64,000 nt of DNA from the human T2T-CHM13v2.0 reference genome, Homo sapiens: the NCBI RefSeq assembly GCF_009914755.1, contig NC_060925.1; one strand, 5' to 3'. The first letter of the stretch is position 1, and each line of letters opens with the position of its first letter. Shown one piece after another: positions 1 through 15,713 of the stretch. The notes beneath the pieces were generated by a model. The model saw only the letters and a list, made by a program, of their open reading frames with translations, made no database searches and was not told the origin of the DNA. The translations under genes and the position numbers were made by a program.

Positions 1-940
1 TATGCTTGAGCTTTGGAAAACACTTCAAATAATGCCATAGAATAACTGCAGGCAACATTTTCAATCAACATATTTAAATCAAAATGGCTTATATTTTTGT
101 TACTAAAAGAAAAAATGCACATTTTTTATAAAAAGATTTTTTGTTTAGTATTTAACAGCAAAAAATAATTTAGTATTGGACCTGAAAATATGTAATGTAA
201 TTAATTATATAAAGACAATTTTGTACATGCTTATCTTTTGTTAGTAGAAAACTAATTATAATATTCTCTAAAGTAGGAGCATGTGAATTAAATATTGAAT
301 TAGTTAATTCTCATGTCAGGAGTTAAAATTTAAAAAGTAACATCCGACAGATATGAAATTAGATGTCCATGATACAGAGAATCTTGGGTTATCATTTTGG
401 GTATCAGTAACTATCTATGTGACCTTGGGCATGTTATTTGTGACAGTCTTATGATTGATTAATAATATTTTCAGCACAGAGATAAGAAATATATGTTTCT
501 TCTTCTTGGATTTTACCTGATGAGGTTGCATATCACCTGAAATATCAGGTAAATAAACATCAGACTGGGATTTAACCTCTGAAAGGCATGTTTTTTTGTT
601 TTTTTAAAAAACAAAACAAAGGATCATTTTGACAAAAATGGTCACAAAATCCAGAATGGCATCTTTTAAAAAGAGATAAAAATGAGATCCATTTAAAACA
701 AAATCACTAGTGACTTGTAACACAAAGCATCTAATTCTCCATATTATATTATATTACAAAGAATCAGAAGTGAAGGCTTCATATGGTTTTAGGCAGGTCA
801 GTCCTAAGAGACATATGGGGCACAAGGTAAAGGGAGAAAAATAGGGAAGAAAAATTGTGTTATTGCGTTGTATAAATGCGTAAACATGTAAATCTAACCC
901 AAATATTTGAGAGTATTTTGGGTACCACAAATATGGTATT

Positions 941-2180
<1,240 letters not shown>

Positions 2181-3834
2181 GAAAAAACAACTGCTTTTGA
2201 AGAATCCTCATGATAATCAAAATTGGCTTGTGAAATTTTAATTATATAGCACTTAAAAATTCTAGCATGACATTAATTACTCAGAAGATATGTAGAAAAA
2301 TATGGCATGTATTGCACATATGACCAAACTCCTGGTTAATTGCACAACATTTCAGATCCTAGAAATCAATTAACCTAATTGTTTGACTGAAATAAATAAA
2401 GTAAAATAATTATTTAGCATAACCATTGTCCAAAAGCTAAAAGCTATATATAAAACGATGGTAAATTTTTACCCTATTGCCATTTATCCTATAGTTAGAA
2501 ACAAAGCTCTTATTTTTGAGAAGACACACTAAGACCTGCTTACGTAGATTTTTTTAAGTAAAAATTAAGGAAAGAAGAGGTATTCAGTAGATAAAAATAA
2601 ACTTTGCTAAAGAGAATAGAATGTGGCAAGAACCACAAAGAACAACCCCACCAAGCATATCTGACAATTACTATTTTGAATAATACCCAAATAAGATTAC
2701 AAAGATATTTGGCATCCAGAATTCCCAAAAGCTATTTGGAAAGGCTTATGATCTACATAGAATAGCTCTTGAATATTTTCCGAAGTAAGATGTAAAAGAG
2801 GAAGATCAAGGGCATCTCTTTATAATCCAGCCTAATCAGTAGTCTCTAATACCAGGAGACAATAGTTAATTTCCTTTGCTTAATAATATTTTGTGGCCAA
2901 AAATGTGTGAAATTTTTTGTTTCCCTTTTGATAATTAATGTATGGATTAACTTCTATTTAATATATGACATTGAGAAACCATACAATTCTAAACAATAAG
3001 TAATAGATTTGAAATGGCATTTTACACACAGTGCCCCCCAATATAACAAAAATATATCTATAACCTGTAGAGATTGTATTATCACATGAGAGATGATTAT
3101 TAATGTGTGGAGAAAATTATTCCTAGTCTTTGCAATCAACTACGAAAAAGCAGCAAGAAAAATATTGCCAAATTTTCTCCACATCTACACCACCTCTTAT
3201 AATTGTCAATTCATTTTAATTTTATTCACTCTTGTAGATGTTAGCAGTCCTTCAATGTGGATCAGATTTTGCACTTCCATAACAAACAATATTTTGAGCA
3301 TTTTTAATATGTTCATGAGAATTTTACATAGTTCATTTAGTGAAATATCTGTTCAAATGTTTTGCCCATTTACTATTGTGATGTTTGGCTTATTACTGAG
3401 TTGTAAAGTTACTTATACATTCTGGACAGAAGCCCATTGTTAGCCATATGCATTGTAATGTTTCCTCTTTTGGGTTGTACCTTGTTCTTTCCTTAATGGT
3501 GACTCTTGAAGAGAAATTTTAATTTTGATGAATATTAAATTACAAAGATTTTATGATTCAAGTTTTTGTACCCTAAGAATCATTGCCCAACTCAAGGTCA
3601 CAAATAATTTCTCCATATTCTACAATTTGGTTTGAATTAATTTAGTATATACTGTTATATATTTTTTCTTCTTGTCTAATGCGATTTGATGCTATAAATT
3701 TCCTTCAAAATGTTTGTTTAACTACATCATCACATGTTGATGTATTGTGTATTCATTTTCTTTGAGTTCAAAATATTTTGTAATTGTTCTTATCTCTTTT
3801 CTACTTTCTAAATATTTGTAGATTTTTAAAATGT

Positions 3835-4780
3835 ATTTAATATTAATATATAATATTTGTATAAATTTATGGCATATATGTGATATTTCAATACATGTAT
3901 ACAATGTGTAATGATCAAATCTGGGTATTTAGGACATCTATCACTTCAAACATTTATCATTTCTTTGTGCTGAGAACATTACAAATCTACTTTTTTATTT
4001 TGAAATATACAATGTATCATTTTTAACTGCAGTCACCCTATTGTGCTACTGAACACTAGAACTTATTTCTTCCATCTAACTTTATGTTTGTACTCAACTT
4101 TATGTTTGCACTCATTAACCAACCTCTCTTCATTCCTCTGCTTCCCAAACTCTGGTAACTACCATTCTACTCTATCTCCCTGAGGTCAATTTTTTTGGTT
4201 CTCCTATATGAGTGAGAACACACAATATTTTTTTGTTTCTGGCTTATTTCACTTAATAACCTCCAGTTTCATCCATGTTGCTGCAAATGACAAGATTTCC
4301 TTCTTTTAAATGGCCAAATAGTATTCAATTGTACATTTTTTATCCATTTACTCTTTCATCTATTTATTCATAGATGGACACTTATGCTGATCTATATCTT
4401 TCCTACTGTGAATAGTGTTGCACTAAACATGGAAGTGCAGGAATCTCTTTGATATACTGATTTCTTTACTTTTGGATAAATACCTGGTAGCGTAATTGTT
4501 GCATTATTCTATTTTTAGTTTTTTGAGAAATTTCTGTACTATTTTCCATAATGGCTGTACTAATTTTACATTTCCATCAACAGTATGTAAGGGTTCTCTT
4601 TTCTCCACATCCTTACCACATTTGTTATTTTTTTGTCTTTTTGGTAATAGCTATTCTAACAGGGTAAGATATCTCATTGTAGTTTGATTTGCACTTCCCT
4701 GATGATTAGTGATGTTGAATCTATTTTTGATACACCTATTAGCCATTCGTGTGTCTTCCTTTGAGAAATGTGTATTTTTG
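3835..4780 (-). mobile_element. L1MA (about L1MA5/6) 3' UTR plus ORF2 C-terminus
   Basis: Typical L1MA 3' end (atacaatgtgtaatgatcaaatc...aaacatttatcatttctttgtg); ORF2 tail up to ccttcctttgagaaatgt-like sequence. Confidence 0.85.
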
Positions 4781-5200
4781 TCAGTGGGGCTTTTGGGTTG
4801 TAGAGATGGGGAGGCCTGGTAGGTGTTATCCAGCCATTGTGTGGATTCCAGGCAGCTCCTTTACTAGTCTCAGGGCCCACAGGGTCCACGGGCCTCTCTT
4901 GTAGCTAGGATTGCAGTAGTCTGTGGTGGAAATGTGTGAATGTGGACTACTGGGGATCTCTCTTCACATTTCCCTGTAATAAGGAGTTTCCCTTGACTCC
5001 AAGCTGATTCCAGCCAAGCCAGCTGTTTCTCTTTCCTCTAATTCTGTGCTTCAGAGTTTCCCGGTGACTTTCCTGCTGAATTCAAGTGAACTCTCTTAGA
5101 CATTCCACTTAACATGTGTTTATCTCCTGACTGTTTTTATCCTTCTTTGTGGAGGAGGCAAGTGCTGAATGCCTCTAGTTCGGCCTCTTAAAGACTCTAG
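4781..5200 (-). mobile_element. L1MA/L1M2-type 5' UTR fused directly to the 3' fragment
   Basis: Abrupt rise in GC; rc begins aagaggccgaactagaggcattcagcacttgcctcctccacaaagaagg, resembling the L1 5' start AAGATGGCCGACTAG. Confidence 0.65.
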
Positions 5201-6634
5201 CATATTTTTTTAAATGTACTTTTTTCTGTTATTTAATTAACAGAAAAAATTTTGTTGTGATAAGCAAAATACTTTGCATATTTTGTTATTGTTTAATTTA
5301 TTGAGATTTTATATATGATATATATGATGCATCACATGGTCTACCTTGATGAATATTTCATAAACACTTGAAAAAACTAATATTCTGCTAATATTTACAA
5401 GATTGCCCTATTATTTGATAGCATTCAAATCTTCTATCCTTACTCAGAGAAGGTGTTTAAATTTGCAAGTATGATTTAAAATTCATCCATTTCTTTTTCA
5501 ATTTTACCAAGTTTTGCTTTATGTAAAGCCATTTATCTTTATCAGATTTCATACTTCTTATATATAAGGATTCATGGCTTTAAAAATTTCTTTATTTCTG
5601 CATCTCTTATTAAACAGATGTTGAGTTCATCATATTTTAAAAAGAAGTGTTCTTAATTTTCACAACCCTTCATCACTTTACCATTCTATTTGCCATTTTT
5701 GGATAATTTTCTCAGATATTTATTTTAATTTAAACTTCTTTTATAATTATTTTGGGGGTTATATTTGATCCAATTTAGTTTAACTGCAAATCTTAACTTC
5801 CATGATTATGTATTTTTTCTCTTCTGGTAAGTATATTTTATTTTTAAATCTCCTTTTTAACTATCATGTTCTTTTTAGAGATTAAATCAGTATTTGAAAA
5901 TTTTATTAATTAAACACACTTTAAAAAAATCTCGCATCTAAATATATAAAGGTCTATTTCTAGTGTTGTTAGTGTTGGCTATGTTTCACTCACTAAAAAT
6001 TATATTTCTTATGTGTTTTGCAATAGTTTATTTTCAATTTGATATCGCCCTCAGGGAGAGTGTTTTTTGTGTTGAATACTCTTTGTGCTTAACGAAATTG
6101 ATTGCTCTCTTTTCTTCACTTATTGGTTCAGTAATGCTTTTAAAATAATTTTGCTGCAGTTTATATAACATTTCTCTTTGTTTATACTGGGGGATATTTC
6201 ATATTAGCAAAACAAAATATTTAAGAAACATTTATACATTTATTCTCTGATATGGTTATAGATTTGGGTAGGTTCTAAAATATTAACTACAATTTTAGAA
6301 AGTAGAGTTCTAAAACATGCATTTCAAGTTTTGAGGATAAATTTAAAGTGAGGGAACAATGCACTCCAGTGTGTTCAGTATCCACACATTTCCTGGAGAA
6401 TCAGTTAGTCAGAAATATTTTTATAGTGAATATGGGGCTAAAAATTTAGGCAAGCTTAATTTAATAAAAGTGTATTTTTAAAACAATAAGGGGAAATCAA
6501 TTTGTTCTTTTTGTTCATGTGACTATTTTATTGTTTTTTTTTTTTTAATAGAGAAGTTCCATTACTCAGTTTGTAATGAAAACAAACCTGAAAACCAGGA
6601 AACAAATTACTTTGTAGTAGTGTGGGTGAATTAC

Positions 6635-6718
6635 TTTGAATACATCTGAGGGAAATAATACATCTGATGGATTTGAATAATACATCTGAGGGATTTGAAT
6701 ACATCTGAGGGAAATAAT
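6635..6718. repeat. Irregular micro-tandem repeat, 4 x aatacatctga(g/t)gg
   Basis: Motif copies at 6639, 6657, 6679 and 6698. Confidence 0.9.
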
Positions 6719-7654
6719 TGCACCATGTATACAATATTAGAATAATTTAATTGGGCCTTGATGATATTTTAAGATATAAAATTGTACTTAATTTTTACAG
6801 CATATTTCTTTATGCCAGACCTGAATCCCAAAGGAAGCATTAAATTACATTAGTCTGACATAAATAAGGCAGATTTAAAAGTAAACATACTTAGTTCAGA
6901 AAACGATTCAATAAATACAAAAATCACAACTAATTGTACTCTCCTATCCATAATTAATGACGCTATTATCTCACCAAAATCTAGGAAGTCTACTTCATTT
7001 TGATAATCAAAGGATAATTTCATTTTTATGTATATATGTATGATTTGAATAGTATAAATGAACCCTCTGATGTTTAGACAGTTGGAACCAGTTTTTCCTA
7101 GTTAATTTTAATTTCGAACTTCTATCACTATGCTAAAATTATCCCATAATTTTGTATCTTAAAATTGAGAAATAAAGTTTAATAGTGTTAATATTTCCCT
7201 TATGACTTATTATAAGCTTAACATTAGTTCATTCTACTGAATAATTAGGAGACTCAATCAGTCAAAATTAGTTCAAGGTAATTAATCATTACACAACAGA
7301 AGCAATCAGGAGTCAGAATTAGTTTTCCAAGATGGTGAGAAAAAATTTGATTTGAATTAGGGATCAAGTAGATTTGAAATACTTGAATCAAGCTCAGGAG
7401 CATACAAGATTGAAAACAAATTTTCAAACCAAAATCTAAAACAAAACAAAACAAAATAAAAAGTAAGAAACAAGTCAACCTTTATTATAAGCTCATCTCA
7501 AGGTGTTTGTGGTGCAAGAAATTACAGTGGTTCAGATTTACAGACTGCTTGAGATAAAACAATTAACAATAAAAATAATTGACAAAAATGCCTGAAATTA
7601 ATATATGTTTGATAGTAACTTTACCCTTCTCATCACCAAAAATTAATCTTTATG

Positions 7655-7981
7655 GAGTTAGGCATGGTAGCTCATGCCTGTAATCCCAGAGTGCTTTGGG
7701 ATGCCAACGTGGGAAGATCCTTGGAGGATGGGAGTTTGAGACCATATTAGTAAACATAATGAGGTCCTATCTCTACCAAAATTTTTTTTTTTAAATTAGA
7801 CATGCCTAGTGATGTATACCTGTAGCCCTAGCTACTCAGGAAGCTGAGGCAGCAGGATCCATTGGGCCCAGGATTTCTAAGTTACATTGTGTTATGATTG
7901 TGCCACTGTATCCCAGCATGGGTGACAGAGTGAGATTCTGTGTCTAAAGTAAATAAATGAATAACTAAATAAAAATAAAAA
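7655..7981 (+). mobile_element. AluJ, highly diverged
   Basis: Dimeric Alu with J-type ggcaggaggatc...gcccagga right arm and A-rich tail. Confidence 0.9.
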
Positions 7982-10484
7982 GTGCTCTTCATGTGTCAAG
8001 CTTCTTCATAAATTTGTTAAGCTAAACTTTTTTTGTTGCCCTTAAATTTGTTACAAGGACACAAAGCTGAAGATGACTATTATCATTCATTTTTCATTCT
8101 GGACTACAGTTAATGTATAGAACTCAGACTTCTTGAAATTATAATAGAATAACTGCTTAATATTTTTAACATTTCAAGATCCCTTATGATACTATATTTT
8201 AAAGAATGAGTTTTAAATAACTTGTAGTTTTTTAATCTCAATTTGCCATTCAAATGGATCATGAACATGAAAATAAGTTAAGCTTCAGCAAATGGAGATC
8301 TGAACAAAAAATAAAAATTATGCCATAAGATACAAAGTAACTGCAGCATGACAAATTTGGGATGAGCCTTTGGTGTGTATTTTATTTAATTAAAAGATTA
8401 AGTTTGACTGGAATTTTTTTTCAAAGTAGTTATTACTGTTGCCTTTGAAAGATAATGTTTTATCTGTATACACTAGTTCCTAAACACGTCATCTCAGCTG
8501 TATATTTTTAAATTATGTTTTCATGGCCAGTAAATATGGCATAATAATAATAATAACAATTCAGCACATGTTACTATAAGGCTGGCTGTGCATGAAACAC
8601 TGTTCTAGATACTTACATGTTGTATCTTACTAAATTCTCAGAACCACCATATGAGTTCTTGTTGTATTAAGTGACAAATGCATATAAACTACTTAGAACA
8701 ACGGTTGGCAGAAGGAAAGGGAGAAATAAAGAGGGAAGGGGAAGATGAGAGGCAGAAAGGGAGGAAGAAACAAAAATTAGAAGATGGAAAATATGCCAAA
8801 GACCATAAATCAATTTTTTAAATTTTTTATGTTCCCAATTTATACTAGTTTCTTAGAGATTTCCAGTTCATGTTAACCTGTGTTAGCATTCTCTTACTGG
8901 TACTTGACTTCTATTTTGTACTTACTTTTATTGTTTACCTGACTCTTCTAATGCTGTTCTACATCAACGTAACAACCAGTCTATTGGCTATAAACTCAAA
9001 AAAAAGTGGGAAGAAAATAATCTTGTTTTATAATGTCATTTTCTCAGAAACTTATATATAAACTTTTTACGTATTTATATAATGCTAAATGTCCACTCTC
9101 CATAAAATTATTGTATACTAAGTGATAATTCAAAGCATCCAGTATTCAATATGGAACGTAAAGGAGAAGCTGATTTTACGTAATTATTCAAAATGTTTTA
9201 CTCTAGCATCTAATTTGATGCATTAAATATTTTACAGTATATTCTCCAATGGCAAAGGCACGAATTACTTTAAAGTATTTTTATGAAGCATTTCTACTTT
9301 TAATATATTTTAAACTAGCATATAGCTCACATGTCTATAGATGTATTGGACTGGCAGTTTAATTCATATGGTATTACTGTGTGACACACTTTCTTTCTGT
9401 TAACAAACAAGGCCTTAAAAAAACAATTTAAATCAAGTTAAAGTATACATAGAGCAGAAAAATCCTCACAAATAGATAATCTATACCCTTCCATAATGTT
9501 TGATTTCTAACACATTTATGTTTTAGAAACTAAACAGACTAAGAAGCTATCGGATGACAACTAGTATTTGATATATTTAAAATAAACACAATAATAACAA
9601 CAAAGAAAGCAAAATCTTTGTCTAGCTATTGCTTGTTCTGTGACAATAAAAGCAAAAGAAAACAAATGAGAGCAAAATAAACCTAGACATATTTTTATCT
9701 GTGTAATGAATGCATCACGTATGTGCTAAAAAAGTAATAACATATCCATTATTTATGAAAGCAGACTATTGTTATATTTCTAGAATGGAAAAAATATAAA
9801 TTAACCTAATACCTTATGGAATAATAATTTATTGAGATTGCTACTCTGTTGGGTCTAAAATATGTGGCTTGGTAGATATCAACTCTCAGTTTCCAGTCCT
9901 CCTACAAATCCAAAATTTCACCTATTTAATTTATCCTTAAAAGGAATTACATGCTGACTAATATTGCAAGGTGGGATAGTGTCATTTCCTTTAAAAGCTA
10001 TAATAAATATTCCAAATATTATTTTGTCTTAGAAAAAATATTTATCATTATTAAGCAGGAAATCAAACAAACAACTAAGACCAAAGGAAATTCTATAAAA
10101 TATCGACATTATGTGTGGTTATATGAGTGAGATGGAAGAACATCAGCCTGGCCTAAATTTCTTATACCAATAGGAGGAAAATACTGGACATCCATTTTTT
10201 TTTTGTCATTGCTGCTGAGGTAAAATCACACTAATTAGAAGTGTAGATGGAACATACTTTCCATTTCTTAAGTGTGGGCTACACACAGTGACTTTGTTCC
10301 AAAGAGTACAGTATGGAAAGCGTTATAAAAGAGTATCTTTCAAATGGAGAAATCTTACAAACACCATCTCGGCAAAAAGTTCAAGGCCAATATCAATATC
10401 AAGACTTATAAGTCATGTTGATAATATGTACATTTCATACAAAATGATGATGAAAACGATACATGGCTCATGGCTACTGTAGAC

Positions 10485-10583
10485 TTTTCTTTTTCTTTTT
10501 TTTTTTTTTTTTTTTTTGAGACAGAGTCTCGCTGTGTCACCGAGGCTGGAGTGCAGTGGCGCGATCTTGGCTCACTGCAAGCT
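10485..10583 (-). mobile_element. Severely 5'-truncated AluY (~66 bp plus tail)
   Basis: Poly(T) then gagacagagtctcgc...ctcactgcaagct (Y-type gcaagct); TSD tactgtagactttt / tactgtgggctttt. Confidence 0.85.
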
Positions 10584-10833
10584 TACTGTGGGCTTTTTTC
10601 TAACAACACATAATCCCAGTCTAATTATGAGAAAAACATCAGATTTATTCCAATTGAAGGGCATTCTCCAAAATTTCTGACGAGTACTATTCAACACTGT
10701 CAAGGTCATCAAATACAAAGAAACTATCACAATTAGGAGAAACCTAAGGAGACTAAATGTAATATGGTATCTTGGATAGAATCCTAGAACAGAACAACAA
10801 CAACAAAAATAGGTAAAAACTAAGAGATCTTTT

Positions 10834-11164
<331 letters not shown>

Positions 11165-11739
11165 TTAGTATATAATAATGAAACAATATTAGTTTATTAA
11201 TTATGACCAATGTATCACACTAATGTAAGATATTAATATTAGGGAAAACTGAGAGTGGGGTATATGGGAAAACTACTATTTTTAAAACTTTCCTAAACAT
11301 AAAACTATCCTAAAAGAAGAAAAAAAGTTAATTAAAAGCAAAAAAGAAGAAAATATAGAACAATGTAGTAGAAATTGATTTATAAAGTGTGTTTTTAAAA
11401 CAACACTAATATTTAAATAATCTAACTAATTTGAATAAACCTCTACATTATACCAAAAATAATAAGCAAATGAGGAGCTTTTATTGGAGAGTGAACAGAA
11501 ACATGCAGACTTGTTGGGAATATACACAGAGAAAGAGAAGATAACTAGCCTCTGGGGTTTTTTGTTGTTGTTGTTTTTGTTTGTATTTTATGTTGTTTTT
11601 GCATCTTTCAAGCATGGGCTTACCAGCAGTTGGCTGGAACATGCCAGATGGCAGCAGTGACACCAGTAGAAACACCATAATGTTTCTAGCTTGGGGAAAA
11701 TAAAAATGCCTATATAATTCTATAATTTACTAAAAAAAG

Positions 11740-12580
11740 AAACAAACATTAAACCAAGCAAATAGAAAGAATTAAAGATGTTTCCACAAAGATGGTGTTA
11801 CTAGCTTCAAGCAACAAACCATCTCAATCATATTAAGCTCTTCTAGATAATAGAAAGAATGAAAAAAAGTCCTATGTCCTAGTTCATTCTTAATGTCAGC
11901 ATAGTTCTGATAAGGTCAATATAGTAGAGAAACCCTATAAGTCCATTTCATTTATTAATAAACATGTAAAAATCCAAAACAAAATATTAGCAGTGAAATG
12001 CAACTGTACAAAAGGTAATAAAATATACATTGGATTACTCACTTAGAATATGAGAATATGAGAAAACATCTAAATCTAATTCATGATAATGTTGAAATAC
12101 AATATTAATTTGTGCCTCTCAATAGAGAAAAATATAGAGCTTATTATATATTTATGATAATAATTAAATAAATTGGAAATAAAAGATAGCTATCTCCTGG
12201 GAAATTGTATATATTAGAAAAAAACTACACACACCATCTTAGTTGAGTAGAAAACATTCCTTAAAATAAGAAACAAGACAGGAATACTACTATAAGCATA
12301 TACTGTTGTTGGAGTGAGCCTAATAAGGCAAGATTAAGAAACTAAAGTATTTTTCATTGGAATGCAGAAAAACAAAACTTGTAATATTTGCCTAAAAACA
12401 ACAAGGGCATTTTAATATCACAACAAAACACTAGAAAATATAATTTTAAAAATTCAATTTGCGATAATATAAAAAAGCAAGTACCTAGAAATACGTTTTA
12501 TAAAAGATATGCAATTCTTCTTTGTGGAAAATGGTAAAGTTTGATGTAAGATATTTTAAAAGCCAAACATGGATACCCAA
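11740..12580 (+). mobile_element. Old L1M ORF2 (RT region) fragments
   Basis: aaaatccaaaacaaaatattagca; aaataagaaacaagacagga; aagtacctagaaatacgttttataaaagatatgcaa. Confidence 0.6.
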
Positions 12581-13873
12581 CATTATAGGGGATGAAAGGA
12601 TAGATTTTGGTGCCATATTGCAGGTACAGAAAATAAATTTTGGAGTTCCTAAAGTCTGATATTTTTAAAATTTTTCTAAGATTTTATATCTTTTTTTCCT
12701 TTGGTATAAATAAAATCTGCCTTTTGGATTGCTGATATAATAAAATGATAGTAATGTTTGTAAATCAAAGCTCATTGTTAAATAATGTTTAAGGTTCCTT
12801 GGCCACTGATTTGACTTGAGTTTCTAATTTATGCTGAAGATACATCTTTGCTAATGTTGACGTTGTTTGGGGAAACACAAGCATCAAGTGACTATAAGCA
12901 TTTCTGCAATGAAAGCACATAGATTGTTTTTGGTAAATTCTTAAATGATGGTATTAACACAGTAAATATTGAGCTGATCCTTACCTTCACTGTCACTAGC
13001 AGCACTGTGTCCTCATTCAGAACTCTGGGAATGTGGAGAATCCCTACCAGGACATGCCACATCTCTTCTTGCTTAGCGTGGCTATCTCGCTTCCATTAAA
13101 TGTCTATATTATTGGCTAAACTATCAGTGGAGAGACCTTATCTTATAGTGTATATATATGTACGTGATTTCTTTCACCACAATAAGGCACTGCAAATATT
13201 AAATTATAGTGTATTATAATAGGAAATGATATTTACAAAATGATTAAATACATAGAGTGGGAATTTTGAAAACTTAAAATATGTGTGTTGGTGGTTTTTA
13301 TCAGTTAGGTAATTATGTTTTATAATAATATTCAATTGAATTAACTTTTAATAAAACTATAAAGTCAAGTACAAATTTGTTTGAAAACAAACTGTCTCCA
13401 AAAGAATTCCTTATGAGTAGATCATATAAAAGGACTCAAAACAATGTAAGTGATTGGTGCAATTTTATTATTCACTGCTCTTTCTTGACAAATTGGATAG
13501 CAAACTGTAATTAGCAATCAGTTGCTGATTTTTACATAAGAGCACTGTGTCAATATAGAACTCTGGTCTCTACAAGGACTGTTCTGTAAAACAACAACAC
13601 AAAACAAAAGCACCATTAACCCAAGATGCTTGCTAAGAAATTTTTTTGAGTAGATAATTTAAAATACAATGAATTTAGAATACAGAGAATTATGTTTGTT
13701 GTCTTTAAGAACATAGTAATTTCATTTCCATTTTCATAGGTCTTTCGAAAAGATACCAATGGCTTTCGGTTATCCAGTCTAGGGCATTTTCACTTTGTCA
13801 TTTGTATTGGTACTGGGTGTATAAACATGTGGTGGGGAGCAACTCTTGATTAATTCTGTATCACAGATGAGTG

Positions 13874-14940
13874 TATTGGGGGAACCAGCCCCCAGTATGT
13901 CAACGTAGATTCTTTTCTATTTTCTCTAAGTGTCTGAGAAATAAAGAGAAAGAGTACAGAGAGAGAAATTTTACAGCTGGGCCTCCGGGGGTGACATCAC
14001 ATATTGGCAGGTTCCGTGATGCCCCCGAACCGCAAAACCAGAAAGTTTTTATTAGGGATTTCAAAAGGGAGGGAGTACGAACAGGGAGTGAGTCAAAAAG
14101 ATCACATGCTTGAAAGGGCAATAAAAGATCACAAGGGAAGAGAGGCAGAGCAAGATCACAAGGCCAGGGTGAAATTAGAATTACTGATGCGGTTCCATGT
14201 CCCACTGGGTACACATTGTCATTGATAAACATCTTAACAGGAAACAGGGTTTGAGAACAGACAACTGGTCTGACTAGAATTTGCCAGGCTGGAATTTCCT
14301 AATCCTAGGGAGCCTGAGGGTGCTGCAGGAGACCAGGGCATATTTCATCCCTTATCATCAACCTCATAAGACAGACACTCCCAGAGTGGCCGTTTAGAGG
14401 CCTTCCCCTGGGAATGCATTCTTTCCCAGGGTTATTCCTCGGTGGGAAAAGAATTCAGTGATATTTCTCCTGTTTGCTTTCTGCAAGAAGAGAAATATGA
14501 CTCTGTTCTGCCTGGCCCCGCAGGCAGTCAGACCTTATGGTTATCTACCTTGTTCCCTGAAAATTGCTGTTATCCTGTTCCTTTTTTAGGATGCCCAGAT
14601 TTCATATTGTTCAAACACACATGTTTTACAAACAATTTGTGCAGTTAACACAATCATCACAAGGTCCTGTGTTGATGTACATCCTCAGCTTATGAAGATG
14701 ATGGGATTAAGAGATTAAAGTAAAGACGCATAGGAAATTATAAAAGTATTGATTAGGGAAGTGATAAATGTCCAGGAAATCTTCACAATTTATGTTCAGA
14801 GATTGCAGTAAAGACAGGCATAAGAAATTATAAAAGTATTAATTTGGGTAACTAATAAATGTCCATGAAATCTTCACAATTTATGTTCTGCCACGGCTTC
14901 AGCCGGTCCCTCCGTTGGGGGTCCCTGACTTCCTGCAACA
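13874..14940 (-). mobile_element. MER11 solo LTR (HERV-K11/HML-8 LTR)
   Basis: rc starts tgttgcaggaagtcagggacccc and ends ggctggttcccccaata; internal ~90-bp repeat at 14721-14888; partial TSD tgagtg/ccagtg. Confidence 0.9.
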
Positions 14941-15713
14941 CCAGTGGATAAGCCTTTGAAAAAAAGAGTACACAACTGTTCCTAGCAATCTTCATGGATG
15001 TTAAATAAATGAAGATATCCCACTCATATTCACTTCTGCTGAAATCATACAGCTAGAAGTACACTAGGAAAATAGATAAAAGCTCCATTAGAATTCAAAA
15101 TATAGTTTGTGCAACAGCATAAAACTTTAAGAGAGCTGAGTATAGTGGTAGGTTATGTAATAAAATCATTATCATGGTCAAGCTAAAACTATTATGATTA
15201 TTACTTGAATTTTGCACTCACCACCCGTGGCTACTCCACCTGGGTCTGGAAGAACCAATGCTTTTATAATTGCTTAATGCCTAAACATTTTAGCATGTGG
15301 TAAAAGACGTCCCTGCTTTTGATAGCATCCCTCGATGGATCTATAACTCTAGTCACTAAATTTAAATGTTAAACACTAAATTTAAGTGCTTTTAATCAGG
15401 TTTTCCTAATATTAGACAATGCAGAATTTCTTCCACTGGTAAATTATTTTTAAAAATAAAACAAAATCAAATTAACTGCAGGTAATTTATTTTCATATAC
15501 AACTTATATATTTTTTAAATATTGGCTTGAAAATAGCTTAATATTAGCCTAAACTGGGCCCACATAGTCACAAATGTATTGAACTTTGGATGAAAAATTA
15601 TATATACTGTTTAAATTTAGAAATATTGTATTCATTCATTTATTCATTTTACAAAATGTTATTGAGAGCCTATTTTTTCATTCATTTATTTATTCATTTC
15701 ATAAGATGCTCAT

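Larger units (their letters stand above)
2960..6100 (-). mobile_element. Very old L1M (L1ME/L1MD-like) fragments, host of the L1MA insertion at 3835-5200
   Basis: Degenerate antisense L1 ORF2 phrases (gtgaaatatctgttcaaatgttttgccc; catggtctaccttgatgaatatttcataaacacttgaaaa); boundaries approximate. Confidence 0.55.

Noticed and set aside
14721-14888. ~90-bp direct repeat
   Set aside because: Intrinsic to the MER11 LTR as I recall it.
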